64,000 nucleotides of DNA from Candidatus Cloacimonadales bacterium. Lineage in GTDB: Bacteria > Cloacimonadota > Cloacimonadia > Cloacimonadales > JAFGVF01. The position numbers and the translations under genes were made by a program. The stretch is from the NCBI GenBank assembly GCA_963677815.1, contig OY782499.1:202347-266346 (forward strand), given 5' to 3'. This document shows, one piece after another, positions 61,844 through 64,000 of the stretch (position 1 is its first letter; each line of letters opens with the position of its first letter). A model generated the notes under the pieces. The model was given only the letters and a program-made list of their open reading frames with translations, was not told the DNA's origin and searched no databases.

Positions 61844-61910
61844 TAAGTCTCCTATATAAGGTTCATAGTTTTTATCTATTATTAACTGACAACTTTTATC
61901 TTATGAAATT

Positions 61911-61943
61911 TTGTCAAGAACATAAACGAATTTTTCTTGACAG
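61911..61943. promoter_or_regulatory. inverted repeat TTGTCAAGAA-N13-TTCTTGACA between divergent operons (candidate operator / back-to-back -35 boxes)
   Basis: A 9/10-bp inverted repeat. Each arm supplies a TTGACA hexamer, one facing the TetR gene (62051, +) and one facing the PP-loop/MBL/guaA operon (-). Confidence 0.4.
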
Positions 61944-62050
61944 TTCCATACCTTTTAAAATATTTTAAACTATGGGTTTATTAATCAAGTCAACCCGTGA
62001 ATTTATATGATAAGTAATGAATATTAAGCTAATATAAAAAGGAAGTAACA

Positions 62051-62710
62051 ATGGCAAAAGGAATGTCAGAAAGAAAACAAAGAGAATTTGAATTAAGACG
62101 AAATTTTATTATAGATAATGCAGAAAAGCTCTTTTATGAATTTGGTTATGAAACTGTAACACTTAATCAACTAGCAGATGCTGTGCATTATACCAAGGCA
62201 ACACTATATACTTATTTATCTTGTAAAGACGAAATTTACTTAGAAGTTTATTGCCGTGGTTTCGAAAAAAGAACTGAATACCTATATCAAAATATGAAAC
62301 ACTGTGATACTGGATTTGAAGAAATTAAAAACTTCGGTATCGCCTATTTCAACTTTTATAAAGAAAACCCTGAAATCCTTTTCCATCAACAATACTTAGA
62401 CTTTCGTCCTCTAGAATTTGATAAACTTCCTCAACATCTAGTTGACCGATTCATGAAGCTTAATGATAAATCATCTAAACTCATCATAGATGCCTTACAA
62501 AAAGGGATTGATGACGGTTCAATTAAGTCAGATTTAAAAATAGATTATTTCCTAGGCCAACTAGTTCTTACCCTCAGAGCCTGTGCCTCTGCAGTTGTTA
62601 ACCACAAACGAACTGTTCTGAATCAACCATTTTCAGATGAAACAAATACTAATTGGTATCACAGCTACCTAAATCTCATTTTGGAAGCTATCAAGGGTAA
62701 CATCAAGTAA
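62051..62710 (+). CDS. TetR-family transcriptional regulator
   Basis: HTH reads TVTLNQLADAVHYTKATLYTYLSCKDEIY. RBS is AAGGAAG. Confidence 0.85.
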   Translation: MAKGMSERKQREFELRRNFIIDNAEKLFYEFGYETVTLNQLADAVHYTKATLYTYLSCKDEIYLEVYCRGFEKRTEYLYQNMKHCDTGFEEIKNFGIAYFNFYKENPEILFHQQYLDFRPLEFDKLPQHLVDRFMKLNDKSSKLIIDALQKGIDDGSIKSDLKIDYFLGQLVLTLRACASAVVNHKRTVLNQPFSDETNTNWYHSYLNLILEAIKGNIK

Positions 62711-62728
62711 TTTCACTCTTTGATATTC

Positions 62729-62786
62729 CTTGATTGTTAGTCACTCTATTAATTCTCAATTACTTATAGAGAGACTAACAATCAAG
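62729..62786 (+). repeat. 58-bp long-stem hairpin element (family 4), copy B
   Basis: Sequence is CTTGATTGTTAGTCACTCT-N-AGAGAGACTAACAATCAAG, 19 nt after the TetR stop. The C-to-G change in the left arm is compensated by a G-to-C change in the right arm. Confidence 0.9.
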
Positions 62787-62820
62787 CATATATATTAATA
62801 GCCTAACTAGAATATATATA

Positions 62821-62857
62821 AAAAAAACCTTGTCTGACAGACAAGGTTTAATATTTT
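62821..62857. terminator. bidirectional terminator (TetR on +, FKBP on -)
   Basis: ACCTTGTC-tgaca-GACAAGGT is flanked by A7 upstream and a T-rich run downstream. Confidence 0.8.
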
Positions 62858-63292
62858 TTACATTACTTTAATTAATTCAACTTCAAATTTTAAAGTTGCA
62901 TTTGGAGGGATAACATTTCCAGCACCTCTTGCACCATAACCTAAGTCTGCTGGAATAATAAGAGTTCTAACTTCACCTGGTTTCATACCTAAAACACCTT
63001 GATCCCATCCTTTAATAACTCTACCAGCACCCAACTGGAAGGTAAAAGGTTGATCTCTATCTTTTGAAGAATCAAATTTTGTTCCATCCATTAACCAACC
63101 AGTATAATGTACTAGAACCTTATCACCATTCTTAGCCTCAATACCTTGTCCTTGAACATCAATAGTATACTTTAAACCGTTTTCCATGATTATTAGTCCT
63201 TTTTCATCCTTATTGTTGTCGTTTCCCTTAGCACTACAAGCCATAAGACCAAATGCTAAAATAATTACTATTAGATAAGATATCTTTTTCAT
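62858..63292 (-). CDS. FKBP-type peptidyl-prolyl cis-trans isomerase, lipoprotein
   Basis: The start is reassigned to ATG 63292 (MKKISYLIVIILAFGLMAC lipobox, RBS GGAAAGGA). FKBP core reads VHYTGWLMDGTKFDSS...GAGRVIKGWDQG..GMK.GE.R.L.IP..LGYG. Confidence 0.9.
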   Translation of the reverse strand: MKKISYLIVIILAFGLMACSAKGNDNNKDEKGLIIMENGLKYTIDVQGQGIEAKNGDKVLVHYTGWLMDGTKFDSSKDRDQPFTFQLGAGRVIKGWDQGVLGMKPGEVRTLIIPADLGYGARGAGNVIPPNATLKFEVELIKVM

Positions 63293-63394
63293 AAAATTAT
63301 CCTTTCCCGTATTTTTTACCAAATTATTTTACTCTTGCTTTTGTGTAAACATAATTCTTGACTAAATAAATATGATTTTAATTAATAATTTCTT

Positions 63395-64000
63395 ATGAGA
63401 AAATATATAGATAGGCCTAAAATAGATTATGTTATTTACCATTTGAAGTTAAGATGTAGCTTAACAGAAGAGATTCTGGATAAGTTCACATTCTTGCAAG
63501 ATGGCGATTTAAGCGAAATAGATCATGCTGCGATAGTATTCCCCCTTTCTAAAGATTCATACTCTACTAGTAGGCAAATTAATGATATTCCTATCCTCTA
63601 CCCAGTCTTTCTTAATAAGAATGAACATTTCTTTGTTCAAGACTCTTCAGTAATATTTTCTCATGATATTCTTAAAGAAATCTTCTGTCTGCAAACCCTC
63701 TACTATGAACAAGAAATTAAAGAAAGAGACAAATTAGGAAGAATAATACCTGAAAAAACATTAAATTACAAGTTGAATTTTATAGATAAACCCCTTGTAG
63801 ATTACTTATTTGATATTATCATCCAAGGTATTTCTGATTTTTGCAAGATACATAATATAGCTTTCACAAAAAAGAATTTACTTGATAGACATACATTTCT
63901 CTTAAGTCATGATGTAGATAGAATTGATTCATACTCCTTCTATAATACCTTAAATTCCATTAAGTTATTTTGCAAAAAACCTTCTTTAAATAGCTATCAT
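63395..64000 (+). CDS. hypothetical protein, 3'-truncated by window edge (possibly polysaccharide-deacetylase-like)
   Basis: This frame is not in the ORF track. It stays open from ATG 63395 (first start after an in-frame TAA) to the window end, 202 codons in AT-rich DNA. No clear RBS is present. DILKEIFCLQTLYYEQE...RDKLGRI and FLLSHDVD recall deacetylase-like proteins, from memory only. Confidence 0.45.
   Translation, partial: MRKYIDRPKIDYVIYHLKLRCSLTEEILDKFTFLQDGDLSEIDHAAIVFPLSKDSYSTSRQINDIPILYPVFLNKNEHFFVQDSSVIFSHDILKEIFCLQTLYYEQEIKERDKLGRIIPEKTLNYKLNFIDKPLVDYLFDIIIQGISDFCKIHNIAFTKKNLLDRHTFLLSHDVDRIDSYSFYNTLNSIKLFCKKPSLNSYH

Noticed and set aside
1-64000. Sigma-54 (-24/-12, TGGCAC-N5-TTGC) promoters, which might be controlled by the enhancer-binding protein at 1-3062.
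   Set aside because: Scanning TGGCA/TGCCA occurrences by eye gave only partial matches, all inside coding regions (for example 26455 and 46137). None is credible, and the regulon probably lies outside the window.

Overview
This is an AT-rich bacterial chromosomal window. Gene content and T9SS-type C-terminal sorting domains suggest an uncultivated anaerobe of the FCB group, possibly Cloacimonadota-like; this is inference only, and no marker RNA is present. All domain calls come from motif recognition by eye, with no searches run.

Contents:
1. Housekeeping genes: a TPR/sigma-54 activator, a DinG-like helicase, murB, metK, ispF, guaA, elbB, an FKBP isomerase, an M23 peptidase, and an OlsB/OlsA-like aminolipid pair.
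2. A TetR-headed minus-strand operon (7891-19141) encodes an Mrp-antiporter plus NuoB/C/D/H/I-type membrane complex in Mbx/MBS gene order. It has a fused double antiporter subunit, a catalytic subunit that keeps only half of the [NiFe] cysteines, and a NuoI-like ferredoxin fused to a GltD-like NAD(P)H flavoprotein.
3. Five very large secreted multidomain proteins (687-2790 aa) total about 26 kb, roughly 40% of the window. Three are domain-shuffled paralogues sharing a 439-bp, ~99% identical conversion tract. One is a giant endonuclease-I / lamin-tail-domain nuclease. Two different C-terminal domain classes are present.
4. The intergenic DNA is exceptionally repeat-rich. A REP family (AACTGGGAA plus a covarying GC hairpin, roughly 38 units) occurs with its cognate RAYT transposase in a REPtron at 36.7-37.9 kb, which includes a perfect spacer-less 10 x 28 bp array. 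At least four further repeat/hairpin families are also present.
5. A hairpin-dense GC island at 50.65-50.89 kb looks like a structured RNA or MITE.

No rRNA, tRNA or CRISPR array was found.
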